A stretch of DNA of 64,000 bases from Eledone cirrhosa (lineage: Eukaryota), in contig CAXHJY010000872.1 of NCBI GenBank assembly GCA_964016885.1, positions 11,692 through 75,691 of the forward strand. Direction: 5' to 3'. Under the pieces are notes generated by a model that searched no databases, was not told the DNA's origin, and was given only the letters and a program-made list of their open reading frames with translations. A program made the translations under genes and the position numbers. This document shows, in pieces, positions 1 to 14,150 of this stretch (positions are counted from its first letter, which is position 1; every line of letters begins with the position of its first letter).

Positions 1-864
<864 letters not shown>

Positions 865-1159
865 ATCGATATTACCGATCACAAAGCTTTAACGTTTTGC
901 TTTCTTAGCGTCCATATACTTTAATGTTCTTAGGCTTCCTGCAAATTTTATGACAATGGCAAAGAAGAAATACGATAGACGGAATCAAACTGCTTTGAAC
1001 GGCCAATGAACTCTTTGAAAATACTCTTATATTATTCCTTTTTTTACTGCATTTATGTATTCTAATATTATTTACGTCCATAAATATTTCGTACAAAAAA
1101 AAAATTGCGAACGGACTTACTTATCTGTTTGAGATTTTCATACATCTAAAAAGTACTAG

Positions 1160-1290
1160 GTAGCCGATTGGTAGAATCATTAGGACGCCGGATTAAATAC
1201 ACTGTCATTTAATCCGACAGTCTGCAGCGTCAATTTAAATCTCATTAGGGTCAACTTTGCCTTTTTATTCTTCGGATGCCAGTGAATAAA
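1160..1290 (+). mobile_element. Degenerate tRNA-derived SINE relic
   Basis: A-box-like TTGGTAGAATC and GGTCAACTTTGCCTTT body motif shared with better copies. Confidence 0.45.
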
Positions 1291-2057
1291 TTGCGAGTCT
1301 AGGAATGGTGGGAGGATTGTTCAGATTGGTAGAGCATCGTACCAGGTGACATGTAGCATTTGATCAGATAAGATGCTTTGTAGCATTGAATTTGGCTCTG
1401 TGCATTCTCAGTTCAAATGCTGCCTCCATCGTCAGTAATTTGCGGCTGGCAGATATTTTCAACAACGTAAAAAGGAAAAGAAATGTAGTTTCCATCGTTC
1501 GACCTCATATTTCCCTCTCATCCTTTATGGAAGACTACTAAGTTTAGTCCTGAATTACTAAGAAGTTCAAGCAACATGAGTCTAGTTATTCATTTCAAAA
1601 TCTAATTTTCTTCCTCGGTTTATGCCTGTAGTAGCTCCTAACATAATTATTTCGTTAAAGATATAGGTGGAAAAATGTTACTTATATGGATATCTCGTTT
1701 TATAGAAGCCAGAAAACTATTAAATTTCATATTGAATAGTATGAAAATAAAAGCAATAAATATATATATATATATTAGTTCCAAACTCTAGTTTCTTGGA
1801 CGTTTATATTTAATCTAAGTCTCAATTTAATTGGAAGTTAAGATTATTGAATTTAGTGTTTGTTTCAGTCTGCACAACACATTGAAAGTCATCTAAGTCA
1901 ACTGGGAATCAAGAAAATAAAATACGTAGACGAAAATATATATTTTATATAACGAATATGTCTGGTAGAAACTATCAACATAACTAGAGTTGAGTAATTA
2001 GGAAATAGTTTCAGCAGCTTAGGAATTTATTGAACTCATACCTTGTCATTGAGATAT

Positions 2058-2225
2058 GCCATATGGTACGGTACGGTACGATTACGGTACAATACAATAC
2101 GATACGATACGATACGATACGATATAATATATGATACATGGTATGGAATGGAATGGTATGGTATGGCATGGTGTGGTATGGTATGGTATGGTGTGGTATG
2201 GTATGATATGGTCCGTTATGGTATG
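2058..2225. repeat. Pentanucleotide microsatellite (TACGA/TGGTA variants)
   Basis: Directly visible. Confidence 0.9.
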
Positions 2226-2391
2226 GTCCCACATATCCTGATGTAATCGTAGTGGTGCAGTAGAGACATGCATTTCTTGGACATTTTAAAGCCTGACAGA
2301 GCCCATCCATCTCCAGGTCTAAACACAGAATATTTTTTCTAGAAAAGGATAGAAAATGAGAGAATAGAACTGAGAAAGAGATATAGAGGAA

Positions 2392-2552
2392 GAATCGACC
2401 CCAGTACTTGACTGGTACATTTTTCATCGACCTGGAATGGAGAAAAAGCAAAGTTGACCGCGGCGGGATTTGAACTCAGAGAGCAGAGAACCGGAATGAA
2501 TACTGCAACACATCCTATCCGCCGTCCTAACGACTCTGCCAATTTGGCGCCT
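2392..2552 (-). mobile_element. tRNA-derived SINE, subfamily related to SINE-A
   Basis: Minus strand has TTGGCAGAGTCGTTAG A-box, GAGTTCAAATCCC B-box and GGTCAACTTTGC body. Confidence 0.7.
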
Positions 2553-2668
2553 ATATGACGTATAACACGTATTAAATAGCTGGGATACGAAATATATATT
2601 GTTTTAAACTATTTCTCTGAGTAGGGAAGCTTAAACTGTTTACTGCGATACATACATACACACACATA

Positions 2669-2776
<108 letters not shown>

Positions 2777-3265
2777 AGTGTCAGCAGAAAATTTCATAAG
2801 CTGACGAAGATTCTCTCATGGAATGACCAAGTGAGGTTTATATTTTAATCATAATCACAGGAAAAAAAAACAATGAAGTTATTAATAAGAAGAGTCGAAT
2901 TTAATGCATGCAAGATTTCACAAGACTAGCGCCAGTTCTTCAAATGTTCACTATGAACTTTTCAGCCGACTCTCCTACATGTAGATATATATATACATAC
3001 ATACATACATACATACATATGTATATACGTGTATATTATATATATATAATTTATTCTACAAATTTGCGTTCGATATATAAGGTGTTTGTGAGTTTGTCAT
3101 TATCTGATATAAAAATTTAGACTACAATTCAGCTGGCTTAAATATAGACACATGCACACACACACTCTCACACACATATTCTCTCTCTCTCGCACACACA
3201 CATTCTCTCTCTCTTTCTCTCTCTCAAATCCTCTCAATCTGTCTCTCACACACACATACACACAC

Positions 3266-3333
<68 letters not shown>

Positions 3334-3376
3334 CTTCAAAATATTAATAAATATAGACATTCATGTGATCAAATAT

Positions 3377-3440
3377 ATTTTATTATACATATTTCAGAGG
3401 TACTGAGCTATTTCTTCAGTACGTCCTCATCAGATAAAAT
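3377..3440 (-). ncRNA. Type I hammerhead ribozyme (family B)
   Basis: ATTTTAT-CTGATGA-GGAcGTACTG..CAGTACcTCT-GAAA-TATGTATA-ATAAAAT; 7-bp stem I, AUA triplet. Confidence 0.8.
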
Positions 3441-3543
3441 AAGTTGATGCCTGACATACCTTGACTATGTTGATGGTTATAATTCAGTCATGGCAGTTTA
3501 ATTATAACCATCAACATAGTCAAGGTATGTCAAGCATCAACTT

Positions 3544-3607
3544 ATTTCATCTGATTAGGACGTACTGTTGAAATAGCTCAGTACCTCTGAAATATGTATA
3601 ATAAAAT
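3544..3607 (+). ncRNA. Hammerhead (family B), core mutated to CTGATTA
   Basis: Mirror of 3377-3440 with G8 changed to U. Confidence 0.6.
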
Positions 3608-3773
3608 ATATTTGATGACATGAATGTCTATATTTATTAATATTTTGAAGTAATATTAATAACTCCAGAAAACCTTACTGTAGTGTGCTTCTAATCTATT
3701 GTGAAACTTTATTCATTGATTAATTCATTGAACCCTGTTAAACTTTTAATCAAATTATCAATATATATATATC

Positions 3774-3907
<134 letters not shown>

Positions 3908-4409
3908 TTGTATATCGTGTCATAAAAGTTTCTCGTTTGTTCGTGTTGTAAGTCCATTTGTTTTCTTCATATTGGTTGTAAACTTGTCCGTAGGTCATGT
4001 CTTTAATGCCAACGTGCGACACATAAACAGAGATAATTACAAAATGACTATTATTCCGGATATATATAAACCACGTATTTATTGACGCGTTAACCTTTAT
4101 ATCCTGTCTTCTTGTTCCTTTTTATAAGGTCTATCTTATGATGTTGATTAGTATATAATATCTATAACATCTTTATCCTTCGGATATATCTTATTTGATT
4201 GTGGCTCTACTTGTTAAAGATATAATTATATGTTAGATTCATCGTTGGTGGGGATTTCTTTTATAGAACTCAAATATGGCAAACTGTATCCATTTAGTTA
4301 TTATCTGCCTTTGCTTCTGTTTCTTGTTTGTCGTTTATTATAAATTGGTTCTTTCACTTCTAAAGTACACAAGTTTATTATGTATATAAAATCGGTAAGT
4401 CTGATCGTC

Positions 4410-4540
4410 AGAACGTCAGAGAGAGTCCACTGTGGTATTTCGTTCGGCTCTCTGCGCTTTGCTCTACGTTCAAATCCCGCCAAGCAAGAATTTGTCTTTC
4501 AGCCATCTGAGGTCGATTAGTAAAGTACCAATACAACACT
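4410..4540 (+). mobile_element. Degenerate tRNA-derived SINE
   Basis: GTTCAAATCCCGCC B-box followed by GAGGTCGATTAGTAAAGTACC. Confidence 0.55.
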
Positions 4541-4683
4541 AGATACATACTTCTTTTCTCTCATATTTGCTCTGTATAGACATGAAAGGAGATGGATCTC
4601 CCCTGGGTTAATATTTTTACTTCTTACTTAATAAGATTTCAAGTCACATGGATAGCCAGGTAGGCATTACAGACACCTCTCTT

Positions 4684-4722
<39 letters not shown>

Positions 4723-4729
4723 ACACACG

Positions 4730-4760
<31 letters not shown>

Positions 4761-4881
4761 TTGCATACTCACACATAAATTTGAATTACCTAAATAAAAA
4801 AATGTTTTCCGCTATCCAGAGACCTTCAACCGTCAAGGTTGTTTTTCTACGAGTATGTCAATATTTATAAAACAAATTTTG

Positions 4882-4947
4882 TATTTTATCTGATGAAAGT
4901 ACACCAAAATTTGCCCTGGTTGCCCTTGAAATATATATAATAAAATA
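4882..4947 (+). ncRNA. Type I hammerhead (family B) within element ~4820-5082
   Basis: TATTTTAT-CTGATGA-imperfect stem II-GAAA-TATATATA-ATAAAATA. Confidence 0.7.
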
Positions 4948-5076
4948 ATTATGGTTTTATAAATATAGTTTCCATTTATTAATATATTGAATATTTACTC
5001 CAGTAACTGTTGAGTGCTTCATATCAGTTATAAAACATTTAAGCTTGTTGAATCCCAACAAAGTAAATATAACTTT

Positions 5077-5119
<43 letters not shown>

Positions 5120-5126
<7 letters not shown>

Positions 5127-5492
5127 TACACGGGTGTGTATGATTGTGTACAGAAGATTATATAAATAAAAATAATTCCAACTTTTCTGATTTACCTCGT
5201 TTTATTTACATTCATTTAAAATTATAATATTATAATGAAATAGTATGGTGGAATATTAAATGTTAAATGTTAATTGAACAAGTACTTTCAAGCTTTCGTA
5301 ATCTTCAGGTTCATATTCTCTGCTGACAGTCAAGTTTGCAATGAACCTCAAGATTGCGAAAGCATGAAAGTACTTGTTCAATTAACATCGAACATTAAAT
5401 ATTTTACCATACTATTTCATTATAATATCATTATACTTTTAAAGATTGTAAATAAAACGAGTAAATCAGACAAAGTTGGAATTCCTTTTATT

Positions 5493-5495
<3 letters not shown>
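5120..5495. repeat. Long imperfect inverted repeat (centre ~5330) between TA tracts; homologue at 24360-24580
   Basis: TGTTAATTGAACAAGTACTTTCA ... TGAAAGTACTTGTTCAATTAACA and outer arms. Confidence 0.75.
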
Positions 5496-6013
<518 letters not shown>

Positions 6014-6305
6014 AAAAACAAATAAAGAAACGAAATTAAATTTCGTTTCATTTGTAACTCACTTTTGTATGACTGACGCTTAAACAATTAAGTTAAAGAT
6101 GTACATCCATATATGTATACTGAAATACTAGTATGTATATGAATACACACACGTATACATATGTAGATGTACCAAGTTTTTTCACTGGTCACTTTACTGT
6201 GAGTGGCAGCTATTCTGTATGTAAACACACAGACAAACCGTTTTTAGAGTCATACTGGTTTTTGAGGAAACACCTTTCCTCTATTCTCCAGAAAGCCAGA
6301 CAAGG

Positions 6306-6350
6306 AATATTGAACTAGTTTCGTTGTTGTTACAACTCATCAGCAATATT
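6306..6350 (-). ncRNA. Type I hammerhead ribozyme (family A)
   Basis: Reverse complement of the motif at 7106-7150. Confidence 0.9.
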
Positions 6351-7105
6351 TACCTATCTTCCGGCCTCTCTAGAGAATCGTAAAAGCACATATCGTTATA
6401 TGCTTTTTCTATGAAAATTAGTAGTGGGCAGACTAATTTGCATAGAGTGTGAGTAAGTACCGGTTCAACGGAGACGATAAAAACAAATAACGAAACGAAA
6501 TTAAATTTCGTTTCATTTGTAACTCACTTTTGTATGACTGACGCTTAAACAATTAAGTTAAAGATGTACATCCATATATGTATACTGAAATACTAGTATG
6601 TATATGAATACACACACGTATACATATGTAGATGTACCAAGTTTTTTTCACTGGTCACTTTACTGTGAGTGGCCAGCTAATTCTGTATGTAAACACAACA
6701 GACAAACCGGTTTTTAGAGTCATACTGGTTTTTGAGGAAACACCTTTCCTCTATTCTCCAGAAAGCCAGACAACAATAGCTGGCCACTCACAGTAAAGTG
6801 ACCAGTGAAAAAACTTGGTACATCTACATATGTATACGTGTGTGTATTCATATACATACTAGTATTTCAGTATACATATATGGATGTACATCTTTAACTT
6901 AATTGTTTAAGCGTCAGTCATACAAAAGTGAGTTACAAATGAAACGAAATTTAATTTCGTTTCGTTATTTGTTTTTATCGTCTCCGTTGAACCGGGTACT
7001 TACTCACACTCTATGCAAATTAGTCTGCCCACTACTAATTTTCATAGAAAAAGCATATAACGATATGTGCTTTTACGATTCTCTAGAGAGGCCGGAAGAT
7101 AGGTA

Positions 7106-7150
7106 AATATTGCTGATGAGTTGTAACAACAACGAAACTAGTTCAATATT
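7106..7150 (+). ncRNA. Type I hammerhead ribozyme (family A)
   Basis: AATATTG-CTGATGA-GTTGT aaca ACAAC-GAAA-CTAG-TT-CAATATT: 7-bp stem I, 5-bp stem II, palindromic stem III, GUU triplet. Confidence 0.92.
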
Positions 7151-7572
7151 CCTTGTCTGGCTTTCTGGAGAATAGAGGAAAGGTGTTTCCTCAAAAACCA
7201 GTATGACTCTAAAAACCGGTTTGTCTGTGTGTTTACATACAGAATAGCTGGCCACTCACAGTAAAGTGACCAGTGAAAAAACTTGGTACATCTACATATG
7301 TATACGTGTGTGTATTCATATACATACTAGTATTTCAGTATACATATATGGATGTACATCTTTAACTTAATTGTTTAAGCGTCAGTCATACAAAAGTGAG
7401 TTACAAATGAAACGAAATTTAATTTCGTTTCGTTATTTGTTTTTATCGTCTCCGTTGAACCGGTACTTACTCACACTCTATGCAAATTAGTCTGCCCACT
7501 ACTAATTTTCATAGAAAAAGCATATAACGATATGTGCTTTTACGATTCTCTAGAGAGGCCGGAAGATAGGTA

Positions 7573-7617
7573 AATATTGCTGATGAGTTGTAACAACAAC
7601 GAAACTAGTTCAATATT
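7573..7617 (+). ncRNA. Type I hammerhead ribozyme (family A)
   Basis: Identical motif. Confidence 0.92.
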
Positions 7618-8039
7618 CCTTGTCTGGCTTCTGGAGAATAGAGGAAAGGTGTTTCCTCAAAAACCAGTATGACTCTAAAAACCGGTTTGTCTGTGTGTTT
7701 ACATACAGAATAGCTGGCCACTCACAGTAAAGTGACCAGTGAAAAAACTTGGTACATCTACATATGTATACGTGTGTGTATTCATATACATACTAGTATT
7801 TCAGTATACATATATGGATGTACATCTTTAACTTAATTGTTTAAGCGTCAGTCACTACAAAAGTGAGTTACAAATGAAACGAAATTTAATTTCGTTTCGT
7901 TATTTGTTTTTATCGTCTCCGTTGAACCGGTACTTACTCACACTCTATGCAAATTAGTCTGCCCACTACTAATTTTCATAGAAAAAGCATATAACGATAT
8001 GTGCTTTTACGATTCTCTAGAGAGGCCGGAAGATAGGTA

Positions 8040-8084
8040 AATATTGCTGATGAGTTGTAACAACAACGAAACTAGTTCAATATC
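8040..8084 (+). ncRNA. Type I hammerhead ribozyme (family A)
   Basis: Same motif, stem I 6 bp. Confidence 0.9.
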
Positions 8085-8321
8085 CCTTGTCTGGCTTTCT
8101 GGAGAATAGAGGAAAGGTGTTTCCTCAAAACCAGTATGACTCTAAAAACCGGTTTGTCTGTGTGTTTACATACAGAATAGCTGGCCACTCACAGTAAGTG
8201 ACCAGTGAAAAAACTTGGTACATCTACATATGTTATACGTGTGTGTATTCATATACATACTAGTATTTCAGTATACATATATGGATGTACATCTTTAACT
8301 TAATTGCATATATATATACAT

Positions 8322-8655
8322 ATTGTTTTTTCCGTTCATTGCCAGAGAACGTCTCCACGAACCACCTAATAGAATATTAGTCTACGACTTCAGTTATACC
8401 ATAAACGTGGTTTCGTCTTTGCGTGTAATTGTTTTCACCGGTCCAAATAATGACGTATTATATTCGTTTTTCGTTCTTTGCCAGGGAACGTTTCCACGAA
8501 CCAAAGTATCGTCTTCCTGTCTTCCTTCGGTTGCCACGTTTTTCGAAATATTTACTTCTGCGATCACAGATTGATTTTGTTAGTTTCAGAAGATCCTCCC
8601 GTTAAAGGTGAACGCAGCGATTCTTTGCTTAAACTTTAATCTGTTATTTTAATAA
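8322..8655 (+). mobile_element. Dispersed repeat (second copy 50073-50350) with degenerate HHR near its 3' end
   Basis: Clear similarity between copies; AGTTT-CAGAAGA..GAAC-GCA..TGC-TT-AAACT at ~8582-8636. Confidence 0.6.
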
Positions 8656-8677
8656 ATACATACATACACATACACAT

Positions 8678-8708
<31 letters not shown>

Positions 8709-8841
8709 AGAAGGGATATTCAATTTGTTGGTAATTCAACATTCAACAAATACAAATGTTTATAACTGTTGAGAAAAACTATTGAGTGCTCTGAATAAAT
8801 ATGGTTTTATAAATATAGTTTCCATTTATTTAATATCATTG

Positions 8842-8995
<154 letters not shown>

Positions 8996-9449
8996 TGGGA
9001 TGGGTCTGTGTGTATGTATGTATAAAAAGTAACTAGAAATAACTCCGGCATAATCTCGTCTGACATCTGTGACAGCTTGTGTCATATTCATTAGCTAAAA
9101 AAAAAAAATTCAAGATAAAAAATTAAGATATCGAATCAATGAGGTGTGGATCGGCGATACCAATATCTAATCTTAAACAACTCCGGCAGAATAAATCAAT
9201 AACAAAATAAATAAATAAATAAATGTATAAATAAATAAATAGGAAAGTTTTCCTGCAGATTTCTTCTGTTCTTTTGAAAGAAACAGTTCTAGTTCTGTAG
9301 AAGTCATTTCTATATTGAACATGATGTTTACACTCTACTAATATATTGAGTACCTTACTAAGTGTTACCCCCACTTTAACCCGACACGCACACACACACA
9401 CACATGTAATATATATATATATATATAAAATTATAAAATAAGACGAATT

Positions 9450-9627
9450 AATTGTTTCTACTTTTGGCACAAGACCAGCAATTATTCAAGTGTATTACTG
9501 GTACTTTATGTTATCGACCCCGTAAGGATGAAAGGCAAAGTTAACCTCGGCGGGATTTGAACTCATACCGTAAAGGGACGTAACTATGCTGGAAAGCATA
9601 GTGTCCGTTTCTCTACCGATACTGCCA
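9450..9627 (-). mobile_element. tRNA-derived SINE-A
   Basis: Minus strand: TGGCAGTATCGGTAGAG A-box, GAGTTCAAATCCC B-box, tail GTGCCAAAAGTAGAAACAATT. Confidence 0.85.
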
Positions 9628-9720
9628 TGGAAATAATGGACAGAACTCTATATTTATTTTGTCTTCGAAGTCCCGAATATAACGTTTCGCTGATCTATAT
9701 ATCTATCTACCCATATCTAT

Positions 9721-9798
<78 letters not shown>

Positions 9799-10109
9799 AC
9801 CCGAACTTCTACCAGGAAATCTTTCGTATCTTTGAAATTTTCTTTGCTTCTTGCATTTAAATATTCCACGACTCTCTACCACTTTTCCTCTACTACATTC
9901 TTCTCAACGTCTATTTTCACTCCCACCCTAGTACCTTCAATATGCCCAATCTCAAATCTTTTCTCTGCCAGCTCCATTCTACTCTCAAGCGCTACTCTCA
10001 ACCTCTCCCCCCTATATGCATCCAATAATGGACCTATTATTTTTATCTAAAGACATGTTTTCCAATTCCATCCCGCCCGTCCCCTTAATCTATTTTATTT
10101 CTCATTCTT

Positions 10110-10145
10110 TCTTCTGATGAAGGACTAGCGTCCGAAACGTTAAGA
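10110..10145 (+). ncRNA. Minimal type I hammerhead
   Basis: TCTT-CTGATGA-a-GGAC tagc GTCC-GAAAC-GT-T-AAGA; degenerate paralogue at ~42612-42650. Confidence 0.75.
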
Positions 10146-10232
10146 CCCTCTTCCTGCTATATCAAGCTTTAACCTAATATATCCCTTCCATATACTGTAC
10201 CGATTGTGTTGTTATTTCTGTTTACCTTTTTC

Positions 10233-10263
<31 letters not shown>

Positions 10264-11291
10264 AATTGGTGTGGGGAAATGAAAGAAATATCAACGTTTC
10301 GATCTGCGGCCCTTCTCTATCTTGAGTATTATTATTCCATTGCAATTACATTTCCTAATATAAATTCTACTAGCTTATCTGATGCTAATTTCATATAACA
10401 ATAATATGCCTTATCTAAGTTTGTAGTGTGTTACAAGGTAAATCTCATGAGATTTCAATTATATATGTGACTATCTAATATTTGTGAATGACTGCCAGGG
10501 AGTTCTTCTGTTGAAAACATTATTATCGTGGTAAATGCACAATTATATAACAAGGTTAAAGCAACACTGACATACTCCGCACAATATCTTATCTAGTGGA
10601 TATTTCTTTTACATTCTCATTATAAAAGATTGCAAAATATTTAAATATTCAACTTATAATTTTTTTAATAACTGGAAGGCGTCGGATAAATTGCCTTAAA
10701 TATTTACTTTGGCATCAATGTTAATAAATTTAATAATAGAAAATTTGTTGCATATATTTTTCTTTATGAAAATAAAATTGTTCTCTAACCAAGTCAGAAT
10801 ATATAATTCTCAGTTTCTATAAGCTTGTTGATTACTGATAATGACCCACCCGGTGAACTGTATTGAGGAGATCCTGTGTCAACCCTATACACTAGTTGTT
10901 TAACACCCTCTGTACTAAATTTAAATTACTTCATTCCACCCGGTTAAACCCGGTAAATTGGCAGAAATGGGAGACCTTGGGCGTAATTTTCCTGATCTTT
11001 GCTTTGGAAGTCCCAAATTCCATTCTAGCCATCATTTCTTTTGGGGTTGATAATAGAGTGTATCAGTCCAGAACGGTGGATTTTCTATGGGAAATGAATA
11101 AACACCTAAATTCAATATAATTCTATCACATTTATATTAGAATATGAAAGCAAACCGCAGAAAACAATATCAGTGTATATGGGAAATGTGTTCCAACAAA
11201 ATATTCAATTGTGTTGAATAAACATGTAATTATTTAAACAGCATAGGAATAATTAAAATCTAAGAAATTCAGAAAATATTTACCTAAATAT

Positions 11292-11475
11292 AATTGTTTC
11301 TACTTTAGGCACAAGGCCAGCAATTACCCAGTGCATTACTGGTACTTTATTTTATCGACCCCGTAAGGATGAAAGGCAAAGTCAACCTCGGCGGGATTTG
11401 AACTCAGATCGCAAAGAGACGTAACTATGCTGGAAAGCATCGCGTCCGACCCTCTACCGATACTGCCAATCCACC
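11292..11475 (-). mobile_element. SINE-A with 13-bp TSD
   Basis: ACCTAAATATAAT at 11282-11294 and 11473-11485. Confidence 0.88.
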
Positions 11476-11482
11476 TAAATAT

Positions 11483-11689
11483 AATGGTTTCTTATATAGG
11501 CACAAGGCCAGCAATTTCTGGGGAGGGGAAAGTCGATTAAATCGACCCCAGTGATAACAGGTACTTTATTTTATCGACCCGGTAAGGATGAAAGACAAAG
11601 TAAACCTCGACGGGATTTGAACTCAGATCATAAAGGGCCGTAACTCTATGTTGCAAAGCATGGTGTCCGACTCTCTACCAATACTGCCA
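11483..11689 (-). mobile_element. SINE-A, longer subfamily with GGGGAGGGG..GATTAAATCGACCCCAG segment
   Basis: Same head and body; same subtype at 56988-57202. Confidence 0.85.
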
Positions 11690-11923
11690 AAATAAAGAAA
11701 TAAATGTATCGATGACTTCATTGCCGATTCATTTTCTAACATCTAATAATGTAAAGAAGTTGTGGTGTTCATGCTTATCTCATTGTCTATTATATATTTA
11801 AACGATGACTAGATATTTCGGCGAAAAGTTTCAAACAGTAAAGTTATTATCTCCATCTACTTTATTTACTCTGCCATTGAATAATCAAAACCGTAACGGT
11901 ATGTCCTATATCCAATCTCTCAT

Positions 11924-11986
11924 TATTTTATCCGATGAAAACGTACTTAAACACCATTGTACCTTTGAAATATGTATAATAAAATA
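11924..11986 (+). ncRNA. Degenerate hammerhead (family B)
   Basis: TATTTTAT-CCGATGA...GAAA-TATGTATA-ATAAAATA. Confidence 0.5.
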
Positions 11987-12045
11987 TATATTTTGGTTAT
12001 GAGAATATTTTTCATTTATTAATATTTTGAATAATATATATATAT

Positions 12046-12271
12046 AGGAATATGTTCAGGACTTCGACGGCAGAGCTGAAGCCTTTTCGACGGCTATTTC
12101 TGGGCTGAAATAGTCGTCTGGACTGAAATAGTCCAGAAATAGCCGTCGAAACGGCTTGGGCTGTGCTGTCGGGGTCCCGAACATTTTCCTATTACCCACT
12201 CTACTACCCGAAGTATCGAGGACTCTGGTGCGTTATGGTCCACCTGGTTTCTAACCACACTTCCTTCGTTA
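12046..12271 (+). mobile_element. Palindromic hairpin element with asymmetric tail (family C)
   Basis: Inverted arms 12046-12190 plus tail TATTACCCAC..CCTTCGTTA; between TA tracts; copies at 18318 and 24588. Confidence 0.75.
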
Positions 12272-12550
12272 TGTATATATATATAATTATTATTGATTAC
12301 CGTATTGATTTCTCTAACAACGACAACAACAACAAAAACAAACTAATTATTTTGAGCTGGAAATGAGGCCGTGGGGTTTAATGTCTTTAAAAAATCATAT
12401 GAAATTATCTTTGATAGTTAAAGGAGTTTCATTGATGGTAATATCATCATTGGATGTCAGACATGACTTTAACACCATTAATTATCTAGTTCTCTTTAAC
12501 GTATGATATAGCCTCCAAGTATATATATACACACATATATATCCATGTAT

Positions 12551-12598
<48 letters not shown>

Positions 12599-12829
12599 GT
12601 GCACATGTTTATATATGTGTGGATGTGTGTATATATATTTATATATTAATAGTGACAGAATCTATGTAAGTTATTGCTATTAGTGATAACTCCTTGTCAT
12701 GTAGCTTTAAGTAAATATAGGTAGTACGTTTTACATTTTCTACAACGATATATTACAATCGATACTTGCTTGAAAGTAAATTTAAACAAGAGAAGACTAC
12801 TTCCTCGATTTTATTACTACACACACACA

Positions 12830-12913
<84 letters not shown>

Positions 12914-13032
12914 TCATATACATAGATACACACACGCACACAGATATATATATATGTATATATATATACATGTTCATATATATATACACATGTATATATA
13001 TATATATATTTACACAGACACACACACACACA

Positions 13033-13117
<85 letters not shown>

Positions 13118-13732
13118 TTACACGCAGGACTAAACATTAGTTCTTTGCATGCAAGTCATTGTTTAAGGGGAAAATTTGTAGATGACAGTTCTTGGCACAA
13201 ACCATATGAGAATTAACTCGCAGATTATTGCCAAAAACATTTAGGATATTGACAATCCGTCATACCTAGCGCGCAAGATATTACAACAAATAATACCACC
13301 ATTACTTCATAAAATGTCCGCTGAGAATTCAGTCAAATTATTTGTTTTGCTATTTTACTAATGGTGGGGAACTGCAAACCGACAAGAGATTGAAGTGAAT
13401 GTTTGAAGCTTTGAATTTAGAATCATGACGTGGCACCTGGCAGGAGACGTCAAAGAGAGTTTAGTAAGAATTTGTTTAGTCACAAACCTTACATGTCATG
13501 TACACATGAAGTTATTATGTATAATTTAGAGTGCAATAGATTTGTAGAACTGTTAGTGTATTAGAGTATTTAATTACAGTATTTAATTACAGCTTTTTGC
13601 ATTCTGTGTTCAAATTCGGCTGTAGTCAGCTATTATATATAATTTTGAGAGCGGGGTTTGGCAGCATATTTAGAGCCACTGATAACATTTCTTGCCGTAT
13701 ATTTAATAAAGACGCGGGGAGAGAGAGAGGAG

Positions 13733-14091
13733 AAAGAAGAGAGAAATCGATAGTGGCTTATAATATTACTGCTGAAAGATATTAGGGAGTACTTAAAAAT
13801 TCAACCTCCACAGCTGACAATCAGAACCCCATAATATAATTATTTTAATTATTTCTAACATTAAATAATTGTTTCTACTTTAGGCACAAGGCCAGCAATT
13901 ATCCAGTGCATTACTGGTACTTTATTTTATCGGCCCCGTAAGGATGAAAGGCAAAGTCAACATAGGCCTAACATTAAATAATACCTTCTAATTTTGAGTG
14001 ACAATTTATTTCATCAACTACAGAAGTATGAAAGAAAATTCTACCTCGTTGGGATTCATTTTGCGGTTATAAACTAGATAAATTAACTAGT

Positions 14092-14150
<59 letters not shown>

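Larger units (their letters stand above)
3329..3760. mobile_element. HHR family B element, head-to-head inverted pair
   Basis: Arms ~3329-3484 and ~3501-3655 are reverse complements; each has an HHR motif; flanked by (TA)n. Confidence 0.8.
6014..8306. mobile_element. ~467-bp tandem repeat with one hammerhead per unit (retrozyme-like, family A); ~1.6 units on minus then ~3.3 units on plus
   Basis: HHRs at 7106, 7573, 8040 (period 467) and 6306 (minus); inversion junction at 6773/6775; units nearly identical. Confidence 0.9.

Noticed and set aside
2796-2915. CTGACGA followed by a possible long hairpin
   Set aside because: No intact GAAA/stem I in register
6133-7255. Short ORFs in the 467-bp repeat
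   Set aside because: 60-67 aa, no motifs, disrupted by indels between units
6014-8306. CRISPR-like array
   Set aside because: Whole units repeat with no unique spacers; eukaryotic context
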